A stretch of DNA of 64,000 bases from Botryllus schlosseri (taxonomy: Eukaryota), in contig CM119372.1 of NCBI GenBank assembly GCA_051294905.1, positions 27,902,001-27,966,000 of the forward strand, in the 5' to 3' direction. Both the position numbers and the translations under genes were made by a program. Shown piece after piece: positions 1 through 13,400 of the stretch (the stretch's first letter is position 1; the number at the start of each line of letters is the position of its first letter). A model generated the notes under the pieces. That model did not search any database. It saw nothing but the letters and a program-made list of their open reading frames with translations, and was not told where the DNA came from.

Positions 1-1331
1 GAAGTCACGGATTCCAGTACTGCATGTAGGCTAAGACAGTGGTCAGACTCAGCCCGGGTTTCAACCGACAACCTATTGATTGGAAAGCCACTACACTATC
101 TTGTCAGTTGATTAAGGGCTGTGAATAGTCACAAAAAACTTTAAAATGTTCAATAACGATTGAAACCTCTACTGCAAATGCAACACCAGTCCAAGTTTAC
201 GCTCGTTTGTAACACCTAAACATGCAACCCTCTTTTCAGTGTCGCAACGATGCATCAAATAATTCAGGACAACATATTTAAAAGCAAGCAAAGTGGATCA
301 GTTTCCAACTGAACTAAGTTTGTTTTGTGAAAATTGGTTCATCGTTTCGGAGTGGGTATCTTCCTGATCAGTCAATTATGACAGTGTGTTTTCACAGAGA
401 GAGATTTTAGGACTTCCTGGTATTGTTAATCAGCCGAAAAGTGTTTTTACCGAAAGCATGTTTCCGGTTCCTAAGACATATTAAAAAAAATTTGTTGCAT
501 GACATTTACCGATAAGTAAACTGTCAGACTTGTACCAACTACGAACCTGGTTAGTTAACTGTCAACTAACTCCTTTTTCTGAATAGTTTTAGTTCCAGTT
601 CCAGTTGCGGATATTAAAATGTGAGTAGTACGAGTTCTGGTCTAGTAGTTGCGCAAATTAGTTGCCAAACAATTAGAAAACATGTGTCGCTTGGCGTGAA
701 TCATATCGGTGTTCTGTTGTGTGATGCTCTTGCAGCTGTTTCTAGCTCAGAGTAATCACCAATAACAGTGACGTAACCAGGGGTGGGTTTTAGGGGTCGA
801 TACCCTTCTCATTTCAAACTCGAAACTGATATTCATGTGGCGAGCAAATACGATAACGATAAAATAAACAAATATTGAGTTGCATCAGAATATAATCTGG
901 TTAGTTGTGATTAGTTAGTTAGTTGTGGATTTTTATAGGTAATCACTTCTAGTTCTAGCCGCGAGATTTGAAAATGGAGTAGTTCTAGTTCTGATTGTGC
1001 ATTTGAAAATCAGTGATACAGTGAGTCATAAATCACGCTGAATTGCAATCAGAAGAGCTACAACAGCTAGAGGCTCGATACTGAAAAAGGAATGATTCCC
1101 AGAGTGCAGCATCATATGAAACTTGTGAATCTACATAGGCTAACTTACATTGGTCATTATTCGGGATGAAGTTATCAAGTCAAGTCAGACTATGACCAAA
1201 TTTATATGCAACTGAACAGAATACGATTCCAGCACGAGCATATTTACTGCTGGTGATTTTCACTAAATTTTATGGAAATAGAGTATTCAAGTATTTATGG
1301 AGGATAGCTCTCAACAAAATTGAGAATTCAC

Positions 1332-1418
1332 CTTGTTTTTCAGTTCAAAATTCTCTGCTTCGTATTCTTCGGAAAGTCTGTTGTTCTCAAGTTGTAACTC
1401 GACCAGTCCTTTTGACAC
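1332..1418 (-). CDS. Kinesin-like/CCDC78 exon 11
   Basis: VSKGLVELQLENNRLSEEYEAENFELKNK (DUF4472-like). Confidence 0.88.
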
Positions 1419-4400
1419 CTGAAAAAACGTGAAAATGATACAAGACTGGCATTTTGCCATCAGGTAGGCATCGGAATGAGCTCGTCAATAAGCTACTTGG
1501 AACCCTAACTAGGAATGGCCAGACCAGTGCTTTTCAACCTGTGTGACGGTTCGCACTGGTGTGAATGAAAAAAATTGCAGTGCGAATGACGAAGGTGGTG
1601 CGAATAGTGCGAATGAAAAATCCGGAAGCCAGGTTTGGAAGTTGGTGTAGTTACAAACATACAGTGTATCAAGCCCATCTGAGCCAGCGACAGGCTGGAA
1701 AAATGACGTCAAATTGATTTTCTGCTTTCTTTCGCTAAACAATCAACATTTTCGTAATAACTGATTGATTACCGCGAGGCCCGGGGATAGTAGTAAATAC
1801 CAGCATTACAGACTCACATTTGCAAGTTAATGTAACGCAAGTTTTACCCCTTCAAGGGTTATTAAAGTATGGGCAGCATCGGTATAATTTTGGGTCGACA
1901 CGGTGCAAAAGCTATCTGTTTATATGTATGTAAAATTTGTTGAATTTATTGCAAAAAATTCTGCGATAGTTTTTACATATCCAAGGTACCAAAGGGTACT
2001 GTAGTTAATAAGCGAGACACGCAGAATTTATGGCTGGATCATGAGAATCAGCCGACCTTTGGTTTGAATTCATAAGATTTGTCCGAATGTTTTTTCTTGA
2101 AAACATGGACGAAGACCGTTGGGATGAACTAGTGTAGGGGTGTGCAACGAGTGAGTTCAGGCCTATGAGACTCATTCATTTCGAGACCAACCCCTTCTGC
2201 GTTTTGACTAACATACCGCTGATAAAATGCGGTGCCGCTGATAAAATACGTGGCCAAAAACGCCAGCGGCGACAAAACCTTGGCTAAAATTGACTGACGC
2301 TGGATGACCAAACCTTTCAATATAAAAATGCTCCGTTGTCGACACGGAATAGTCCCGTTCTTGCAATCTGAGTAGACAGTAGTACAAATGCCACACGCAT
2401 AGGAATTTACTTCACCCAAATTTGAAATCGCGTGCGTCAGACATATTTAAAAAAATTAATTCCTTTTCATAGGTGAGGCTCGGGTCACGAGATGCCACAA
2501 AAATTCAGATTTTGATGGTAGTCTAAAATGCTGCTTTAAGGTTATTAAACTGCTATGAATTTTCAAGTTAGATTGAGATAAAGAGCCGAACAAACAGTAT
2601 CCTGACTTTATTTGCTCTTACTCGCTAGACAAAAATTGGGAAATCGAAAACAAAAAACAGATCTCAAGTAAGAGCAACGTATCATAGAGTAGCGAGCTCT
2701 AATGTGCCTACTCTGCTTGATGGTATTGGACTTTATTTCCCCAGACATCAGGCACAAGCCTCAACACAAGCATGTGGATTTTTCACCCTTTCCACAAACT
2801 GGAGCTTCCGGGACCTTTGTGTCGTCTCTCAAAAACGATTTCTGGCAGTAAGCGTTTCTCACTCGCAGAAAATACGCTGTATTTTGGATAGGAGTGCAGA
2901 ATAGTTCGTAAGACCTGGCCATCCAAGCACTATGGTAACCGTAATAGTACAATATCCAGCAACTTGTTTGACTGAGAATCGTATTATTAGCGAAATAGTT
3001 GAAATCAAAACGAGGGAAAAGAGTTGCCTTTTTAATGAGACACTTCATGGCCTGAAAACTATAGTAGCCAATTTGCTGCACATCTGAACAGAATATTCTT
3101 ATGTAACTTCATCTTCTTTCTGTATAGCAATTTTCGGTTGGCTTGTGCGAATGAAATTTATTTTAAAAAAAAAGTGCGAATGAAGCTCAAAAAGGTTGAA
3201 AAGCACTGGGCACATTGTTGCCGTTAAATTTTACCGAACACATTTCTCGCTTTTAGATGATTAGCTTTCAGAGGTGGTGAGTGACTTCTACTTTTTCAGA
3301 CTGCTCAGACAGCCTTTGCAAAAGCTTTGTCTTTGTAATGAACAGAATAAAGTTACAAGCAAAATACTCATTTTTAGAGTAAAATTAGGCACTGATGCAG
3401 TGGGTGGGATGTCAAAAGCGTGTGAGGATTAATCTTATTACTGTGAAACATACCTAATCAGTTGAAATTGTTTTAAAAAACTTACTCAAACAAATGAAGT
3501 CCCCTTCGAGAATAAATAAGGTGCCCGATAACGATACATTGCATGCAATACTTTTCGATTGAGATCATAAGAGATACGGTATATACAGCAAAGCCATTCA
3601 CAGTGTGATATACCGATTCTCTGTGGGCCTATTCATTGCACAATCCTCTCCATCAAGTCACTTAAAGGGGCACTGCACTCTAAAAATGATGTGGTCTCAA
3701 ACTGAAGGGTAAAACGAAAAAAATATTTTGGTTGCAGTCGTTTGCTTCAGAACGCCACCGTAATGGAGCTGCAATGTATTGAAATTTCCACAAACAAATC
3801 ACGCTCCAGCAGTCACGCAGAGATCGCACTATGTATAGTTGTCAGCCGATGTCATGAAGAAAATATGTCGTACACGCCAAGGTGGTTAAGATACAGTGTT
3901 CAACGGAAGACGTTCAGTCAGGAGATTATGTCAAAATCGGGCCTAGTGTATTCTATATCTGTCGTGTACGACATATTTCCTTCATAACATCGGCTGACAA
4001 CTATATAAAGGTCGGTCTCTGCGTGACTGCTGGAGCGTGATGTGTTTGTGGAAATTTCAATACATTGCAGCTCCAACACGGTGGCGTTCTGAAGCAAACG
4101 GCTGCGGCCAAAATGTTTTTTTCGTTTTACCCTTCAATTTGAGACCACATCATTTTTAGAGTGCAGTGCCCCTTTAATGCAAAATTACTATTTTACATCA
4201 AGTGAAACATCTTGATTCTTTTTTGTGACAAATTACGTTCTCAGATCTAATTTGTTTCCTACGTGAGCATAGTACTTGCAATACGGTACCTAGAATTACC
4301 TTATGAAGCGATCCTCGAACAGACGGGGGAATGCTAACAGCACGGGTCCCCATGCCGTGAATATATCCCTCCTTACCGTCACCATTCACAAAAGGTTTTG

Positions 4401-7400
4401 CCTCCATTACAGAGCACATAGTGGACTGACTCGGACAGCTAGTTCTGCTAATAGTAGGCAAACTTTCGCCCTCCGAAAACATTTCCGTGACTATCCCCGG
4501 CATAGATCAACAGGCAACCTTGTATAGCGGCTGCGATCGAAAAGATACCGAGGATGACCAAAAATACGAGATTATATGACAGATTTCATTTCAAAAAAAA
4601 TTCGTGAAATCATAAGGATAATCAAAATTTTTCGAGAACCCTTCAATCGAAGACATCAATTGTCTCTGCTACGAACAAAACGATTTGCTCAATTAGAAGA
4701 TGCATGTGGATTTAACGGCGCCGAAACTTTAAGGACAGTCCTAACTATGTGATAGGTGAACGGTGAAATCATAACAGGGTATCATTCAAAAAATGTCTCG
4801 TTATTCATAGGGCCTTTGATTAGATAATTCATCCACTTCAACAGTCATCGTGAGTGGATATTTTTTATTGAAACGTGAGGTCAAATACAACAAATGCTAT
4901 AATGTGGGCGCCTTTAATAATTATGCTATGTGAATGATATTGCAGCATCTATCGGGGGATTAATTTGAAGAGTCGGGTACGGTATGTGATGAAGGAATTT
5001 TGTTGATTAAGGCTGGTGAATCCATTTTAGGATTCATTACCAACTGTTACATAATAACAACAAGCGTTTCCGACAATGGGCTCTTGGCCATTCCAACGAT
5101 AGTAAATGAGAATTGAGTAATTCTTCAATTGGCTTATAAAAAGTTTGTCCTTAGTTAGGTATGAAGGAGCTGTCACTGCAGCAGATATTATTATTAACAG
5201 AATACTCATATTCTAAATTCAAACAAGGAGTTTGAATCTGAATGTGGTACTTACCTGAGAAATATGACGATGGAGAATGAGATTTGAAACTAATGTATAC
5301 TAGATTCATTCATGTATATATACGAGTCATTACTTGATTTGTATTTCTACAAAAACCGAATGGTATATTGGTGTCTTTAAGCACTTTCAATTGCAGGACA
5401 AATTCAGACAATTTGGACAAATTCGAGTGCCGTACTCCGTATTTGTCCTGAAATTACAAATCTGCTTTTGGATTTCACAATTTATAGTGCCGACCTACTA
5501 CCGCAAAGAACATCCTAATTGTGGTCTTGTCTAGGATTTAGCCAATGATATGAAAATAAAAGATCTGGAGAAAGGATGGAGAGAGAGAAACAGAACTCGA
5601 ATCGGATTGGAAACCAAAATTTACCAGTCCAGATATATAAAAATGGAAAAACGTGCAGGCAGCATCCCTTGGGGCAGGCTTAATCGAACGCAAGATATGT
5701 TTGAGGCATAGCAAATAGTCTATCTACTTAACATGAGCACTGAGCAGTTAGCACTCAAGATACATCCCAATAGCACTACATAATGAAGTTGTTTCGGTTT
5801 CTTGCCAATATCAACTGGAATTAAAGAAGATTTAAAATTTTAGACACAGGCTGTGGAATCTATCAAGGTCTTATGTTTAGATATTATACCGTTATTTGAA
5901 CAGCTTCTTGGAGGTGCAGAACTTCAATATACGGAATATACTATTCAATTATACCGTTATGTACGTGTTGCTGTTTGCGAGTCTGTTTACTTGTCAATAT
6001 TATGTCACAACACTCAAAACAACAAACTTCTGTCTATATTTTGCATTTGGTTAACCACATTTTTTCACGTTTGTTCCTGGAGTAGCTGAGTGGAACATCT
6101 TGAGGTCGAATAAATTTGGCAATATCATATCGTTTGTCGTGATATACATATAGTGATTAAAACGCTAGATCGCAAACCTTTAATTTCTCCTCTTCGCTGG
6201 CAACTAATTTGGCTGATAAATCGGATTTGGATTTAGCCAAATCAGTGAGCTTTTCCTGGACTTGCTCCAATCTTTGGAATAAACGATCGTTTCTTTCTCG
6301 CAGTTGGGTCTGTAATATAGAAAAATTGATTGATTCTCCATCTGATGAAATAAGACGAATCAAATCCCGCACACAGCTTTACAAAGTTATTGCTTCCTTT
6401 GCATTTTCAGGGACAGAGAGACACATTAGAGACACATAGTTGGAACTTCACCATCTTTGAAGAAAATTTTCGTAACAATGGACCCAAACGCCTATATTTA
6501 TTGAGCAAATTTCAGTACTTTGACAGAAGTATGTAGTTTAAACGACGCTCTTTTGATGCCAAATGTACAATATTTGTGTGTGGTGTTTTGTGTGTCGCAA
6601 CCTAACCTAACTAGATCACTATTGCAGCAATATTTCCAAAAAAAGGGTTTTTTGAACAGCACCAAGCCGCCAGTGTCTTTTTTAAGAACTAAGCTCCTGT
6701 ATGTGCGTTTGAGACTAGACGATATATCTTAATGATTTTTTTCAAATCACATCCTAACTTTATCACAGTGTTCAACTCAGATGGGGAGTTAGATTTCAAA
6801 ATTCTGGAATTTGCGCAAGCTTAAGATTCCATTTCTGCGCAATCCAGCAATTCGAGAACAGATGTCTGTCCACTTGAAATCCAGATATATTTGCCGTTGG
6901 TTCAACATTCGATCTGTAGTTTGTCGGCAGATTCAACCAAATTGTACTCAAGAATTTCACTTCAAGAGTAGTTAAGTGTTTTGAAGAGTGATTCGAATTC
7001 GAATGGAGTATTCGGCTTCCAGTGAAGTCGAGGATTCGAGAATCACTCACTATGATGTCAAATATGTAGCCGTCCCTCTATTATGACTAATAAGAATGAT
7101 GCCAATTACACATTAAAGATACTTAGGTATTTTTCGAACCATACCAATTTCATTGCACGTTGAGACAATGCTGCGGTTTGATCACTACTGCACAGAAATA
7201 TCATTTCCACCAACTTCCAGAGCATTGTGGTACGTGTTTCGGATGCGGTGTTACTGCCAATCAAGGTTTCAAGGATTGTAATGTGGAAAAAAATTATAGA
7301 AATTATAAAATCATGAGTACAATTAATACGCAACTAGGATTCGATTAGGCCTACTCGAGTTATTTTACCCCGCGCTTTCCATACTGGTTGCTAACAATTA

Positions 7401-10400
7401 CCCCTGACGAGTGTCAGCCAAAAATATTTGGATTTATTTCAATGTGAATATGTTTTTCAATTGTATACTGAAGTCCTGGAAACTTTAAAAGTCTTATCAA
7501 AAACTTGCTTATTACATGTTTATGACACAGGCCCGCTTTAAATATTGTTATATTGGTATTAAAGTTCAGGTCATCCAGGCCATAATGAAACATTACAGTA
7601 ATTGATGGTGTCAGTCATAATCTCCTGCATTCCATGTTTCGGTAATCGATAACCGCTTAGTAACTCACATTATCAGTCGTAATCTTCAACAATTGATCTT
7701 GCAATTCCGTTCTGGACAGCATTCCAGCCCCCTTACCGAGATCAGCTCCACCGTGTTGAAGGGTGGCGTCGATTTTGGCACGGTATTGTGTGACCAGATC
7801 CTAGAAAGAGTAATCAGGGTTTCTACTCACGTCGAAGCAGAAATAATGCTGTAACTTTCTACACGATTACACGTCGGGCTTGAAGTAGCAATTTTCAATA
7901 CATGTCTAAATCAATTCAAGTGGAAGAAAAAATACTCAGTAAGTGGTTTCAGAAAGTAGATTTTATAGAATGGTCGCATATTTATTTATAACAGTTAATC
8001 GAAGTTACTTTCTGAATCGCAACATGCATCTTTGTGACTAATGCAAAATTATTAGTGACACCAAAAACACGTCGAATCTTTGATACAGGGGCTATTTTGC
8101 ACACATTACAACTACTTCACTAAAAAGAATGATGGAAACTTGTTTCAAAACGACTTCAAACTTTTCAAGAAGCAAAGGTAAAAAAGCTAGTAGCATTCAT
8201 TGCCTGTAGAATGATTTAATAGGAGTGGAAGTAGTCTAAAATCAAAGTCATGACAGTAATTTCTGTAAGTAAGCAAAACCTACTTGGTAGAAGAAATTCG
8301 CTACCGAAAACTCGTCTGAAAACAGTTTTAACGAGCAACACAAAAATTGTGTCATGGGATACAAAGAACAGGTTGCGGACCGGATCTGACCCCTTGCCTC
8401 ACTGAAACTGTGTCCGTTTCTTCAAACTGGTATTATACGAACCTGCGCCAGACTGTCGTTTAAGATGGGATAATTTCGGACTTCGGTAAGCAGCCCGCAT
8501 CCAGACAGTATCGCTGCCATCACGTCTGGGTTGTTGTTCTGCGGCGGCAGGCAGCATATCACCCTTGTCTTGCAGTTTCCACCTAAGATATCTTCACAGA
8601 GGCTTGTCAGTTTTGAATCCCTGGAAATCAGTGGTTAAGGCTTTAGTATTCATGGCGTTCCGAGAAGAGCCCGGATGACATTAGTGTCCGTAGATATTTT
8701 CACAAGCAGACATTTATTGACCAAACCACTGACCACGTCACCCGTACTATTGCTCCTAGCCAGAGATTCGCCGGTACTGTTGGAGTGCTTTATGACGACA
8801 ATAGGAGATCTCTCTTTCGTGACAATGTTGAAAAGATGTGACTAAACCTACTTTCAAAACCTACTCAATATCCAATTGAATAATTCACATTGAAATAAAC
8901 CCGACTATTTTTGGCTGACACCCGTCACCAACTAGTAGAGGATTCAAAAGAAGTATACCGATTTCTAAACCCAAATATTTTTGGGTATATTTCACTATTT
9001 CACCTATTAAAAGTAATCCACAAAACAGTAAGAAATTAAAAGCATTGAGCTAGGGGGAAAACTTTTCTGTGCCATTCTGTTTACAAGACGGACGCAATTG
9101 TACTGAAGTAAAAGCAACTATAATGCTAGCACGGCTTTATAAGAGTTTATTGTCGATTGGTAATGGATGGATCTACTTTGATTCAACATAATCTTGTGTT
9201 AAAACAAACGAAGTACTGTTTATTGTATCATAACCTAACGAAAGCGATTGCGACCTTGTGTCCGAATTACCGTGTTTTTTTTAAATGATATTTTTCCTTT
9301 TGTACCATTCCCAAGCATTTTGGCCTAATAAAGCAGTTGCCCGGTGTCCGGTTATCCGGTGTCTGAATTACGAAGAGTCGATTGTATTTGAACGATCCAC
9401 ATCATCCATACACTTATGAGGTCACAATGAATTATAATCACATACTGGATTCGAAATGGAATCACTGGTTCACTTAATTTTGCCAGGCCCTAACAATCAT
9501 CTAACGATCCACACACTGAGTCACGTACGTGTAATTAATGACGCGCTCCGGTTCTTGCTGTCTTGCCAAATCTGCGGTGAGCTGATTGAAGGCCACCACC
9601 GATTTCGATAACGTCGGGCCCTCCCGCAACCTGGTCCGGGACAAATCCTCTGCCAGCTTCTCCATGCCGGGCATTCGGACGACGGTGAACTTTGACCTGT
9701 TTGGCAACGGATTTTCGGTCGTCATCTGAGAACGACAAATAGACGTTTAGGTCAGAGGTTCCATGAATGAGCGATATTGGCCCCAGGGGAAAATTTCGAG
9801 AGACAGGGGGGGACGAAAATGTCAGAATGCCTAGTCAATATTCTCAATTAACAGTCTGGTCTCCTGACAAGCTCAATTTATAATCGATGGATGTCAATAG
9901 AAAACGGGTTATATCTGTGACTCAACCCAGCCATAGAAAAATCAAATTGATCAAATAGGGAAAATTTGCTCTCACCTTTGCAGCAACAGGTTGTTGAAGT
10001 GGATACAAAAAAATTAGTATTTCAGCATAAAAAAAACTGTTCAAGTAGAACTTGAAGAGCTTCTTGGAGGTACAGAACTTCGATATACAATTGAATAGAG
10101 TATATTCATATGGAAATGAACCCGAATATTTTTGGCTGACACTCGTCAGGAGTAATTCTCAGCAACTAGTAGAGATTTGAAAACAAACATTGTATATCAA
10201 CAATCGTATCACAAAATATGAGGTCACCAACATGAAATTTCGAATAAGAAAGATTTCAATATATTGTTGACACAGCATTAGCTGGTGTATTTTAATAAAA
10301 GTCGACTCCAAGGCACACAAATGACAGTGTGAACAGGCCCCTTCCAACGACGCGAAATCTGTCATCTCGATAATTTTTCGTACAAGCGGGATTATCCAAC

Positions 10401-13400
10401 AGATGCTTGCCAATGGCAGAATTCATAGCCCTAGATTGTTCCGTATCAAGCTTGAGCGGATGAGTCAAGGGTGAGCTTTTGACCGAGCGCGATGTGCTTG
10501 TTCTAATAAATCTAGGGACATGCTGACTTATACGTTCATGCAAATGCTTTGACGTTTTTCCACGTAGTCAAAATCACAGTCGCACCAATATTCGTACACT
10601 ACATTACTTTGTTGAAATGAAGGGAGGGAGCAGTTGTGTGTTCATAAAAATCATGTTGGTCATCAGCTCTCTTCTTCGTAATTAAATGCTGGTGACGTCA
10701 TATTTTGTGATACCGTTGTTGATATACGATGATCTTTCCAATTCACTACTAGTTGCAGACGATTACCCCTGACCAGTGTCAGCCGTAAATTTTCGGGTTC
10801 ATTTCAATATGAATATACTATTCAAAAGTAGAACTTGTACAGAGACAAAACTACTTGAGTCAGTGAAACAAGTAGATACAACCTACTTGAGTACTAAAGC
10901 AAACCTGAAGTACTTCGAGACTGATGACCTTCTGCTTTTAGCAGGGTAATAATGATATGTTGAGATTATTTTGGAACCTCCGGTTTAATGGCCACAATCT
11001 GCATTGTGACAAAGCTTAAAACCTAGAAGAGCTATTTTTGTAGCTTATTATTATCGGCACCATTGAGGTAAGTGCATTTTGTAATAGTTTTAAAGTAGGC
11101 CAACAATTATCACGACTCACCATAGTCAAGTCCATTTGAAAAACGACAGTGCTGAAATTTTTGACGTGCCCGAAATCGGCGACGGTCACATTTCTCGACT
11201 GCCACGCTTGCCAGAATGCTGCAAAATATCGGTAAGTTCTAGAATCATTTCCAGCTCGGGCGTGGCACAATCGAGCATAAATTGTGTATTCCTTTTTTCA
11301 AGCAGGGTACTGGACTTATGCGCCAATTGTGAATACGAGAACTATCATTTTGTCACTTTTTTCCCACTGAAGTACTCGTGAAACCTATATTCGGCATATC
11401 ACCGCATCCAAAACATATTATATTAGAGATTAGATTAGAGATATTAGAGAATGTAGCATTTCTTAGTACTAGTGACCATGGCCAAGACTAGGCATTATCA
11501 ATTACGGTTACAAATACAATTTCCTCAATTCCTCTTAATGTGGATGACGTCATAATGAACGTTACGCAAAAACGCGACCCGAAATCAAATCAGGGATGTG
11601 CTGCATTTTGTTTAGCCCTATTTCCGACCAATTTTGAAAATATATTCTAGCTACCTGACAAGGCTTCTGCCGGCGTACGGCATCTTTCACAAGAAAGGTT
11701 CTTGATGTAAGTGCCTTCATCTGCAGAATGCTCCAACTCCATCGAGAATTTACCCCGACCTGAAATGCAGATTGCAGAATAGGAAAGTTTTCGGTGTGGG
11801 ACAAATGCAAAACATTTCACTGCGATAACAGAGTCATTCGAGTGAAGCAACGCATTGTAGGAGAATCTGTACCTAGTATAAACACAGGTCGATTTATGAA
11901 CCAAGACGAGCAAAGGCTTTCTAACATTAGTTGTGAATTGGGCAAAATACCAATTTCAGGAGAATTTGACTGGCTCAACCAGTCAGTACTAGGGTTGGGA
12001 TATGAACTCCATCTGGCATAAAACATCAGTCTAATCCAGTGGTTCCCAACGTGGGCGATATCGCCCCCCAGTAGGCGATTTGGCGGTCTAGGTGGGCGAA
12101 AATGACGAAGGGGGCGATAGGGGGCGAAAATGGACAAAGGGGGCGACAGGGAACGAAAATAGGGAAGGGGGCGATAGGGGGGCGATGACGCGTCAAAACG
12201 GCTGACCCTTATTTTTTCGGTCAACCCACACGGAAATTTAGTTGCAAAAGCGTCCAATTCTACATCGAGCCGAAAAGTTGACCTTTTTTTTTCTTAGTCA
12301 ACCCGCCGGTGATTACAGTTTGTATGCGCATTTTTCGGTACACAAAATTTGGGGGGCGATGATCGGTGTTGAGCTTGAAAAGGGGGCGATTGGTCGAAAA
12401 AGGTTGGGAACCACTGGTCTAATCAATGATGATCTAATCCGCTGCAGCAACCCTAAATCCGAAAGACTCTCTCTCTTTCTCTCTGCTATTTGTTCTATAG
12501 AGAGAGGGAGAGAGATTTTATTGCTTCGTCAACCGGCACATTAGTAATAACCAGATATAGTATGTAAAGTAACCTATGTACCCAAAAACAAAAACATATA
12601 CAGAATAATATTTGAGTGTAAATAACTGTATAGTATAGGCGTCACCGTTTATTTTACTAGAATCTGTTCCTGGAAAATCATAGGTGGCTATGAATGATTT
12701 CATATTTTGCATAAAACATTCTATCGACCTAACTTATATTGGGACCAGGTGTGTAGTACAATAGCTGACATGATAGCTTGGGTATCCTTTGCTTGGGTAA
12801 AAGTAAGGCCACGTAATTACTGACTACAGCAGAAAGAGACATGACTCTTTCCACCAAACCTCTTACTTACCGGAAACCATTCCTCTGCTGGACATGAGAT
12901 CTGTTATGACCTCGTTGTAAATTTCATACTGATACAACAACAGTCTGTAGACATCACCGTCCACACGTCCTGACAATTGTGGATCATCGATAGAATCTGA
13001 AACGTTATTACCATAGTATAATACTGCCGGGTGTATGCATACTTGCACAAAACACACTGTAGGCTACTTTGGTTATTTATCCTACTGCAGCTGCTATAGC
13101 AATTTTCATGGACTCATGACACAATACGTGCAACAATAATAAGATAATATGTAGCCTATATAATATAAGATAATTGGGAACTTGAAATAAATACAAACTA
13201 GCAAAAGAATAATGAAAGTCAGTTTGTTTTTGTCTGTAGATACGAAGAAACCGCAAGGTTATCAATTCAGCACCATCATTTTCTTCTACATGCTATCCTG
13301 GAATGTTGACATAGAGTTATCAGATGTCACTTGCAGATAGTTATGAGTCTGGATCCATTCTGCTCTAAAAAAGCTGGATTGCTAGCTAATTAGATTCCAA

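Noticed and set aside
1..1331. A further kinesin/CCDC78 exon before the donor-like site near 1148
   Set aside because: I found no open phase-0 exon with a good acceptor; the gene probably continues beyond the window.
11817..12544. 146-aa and 100-aa ORFs
   Set aside because: They are low-complexity read-throughs of the MITE at 12037-12416.
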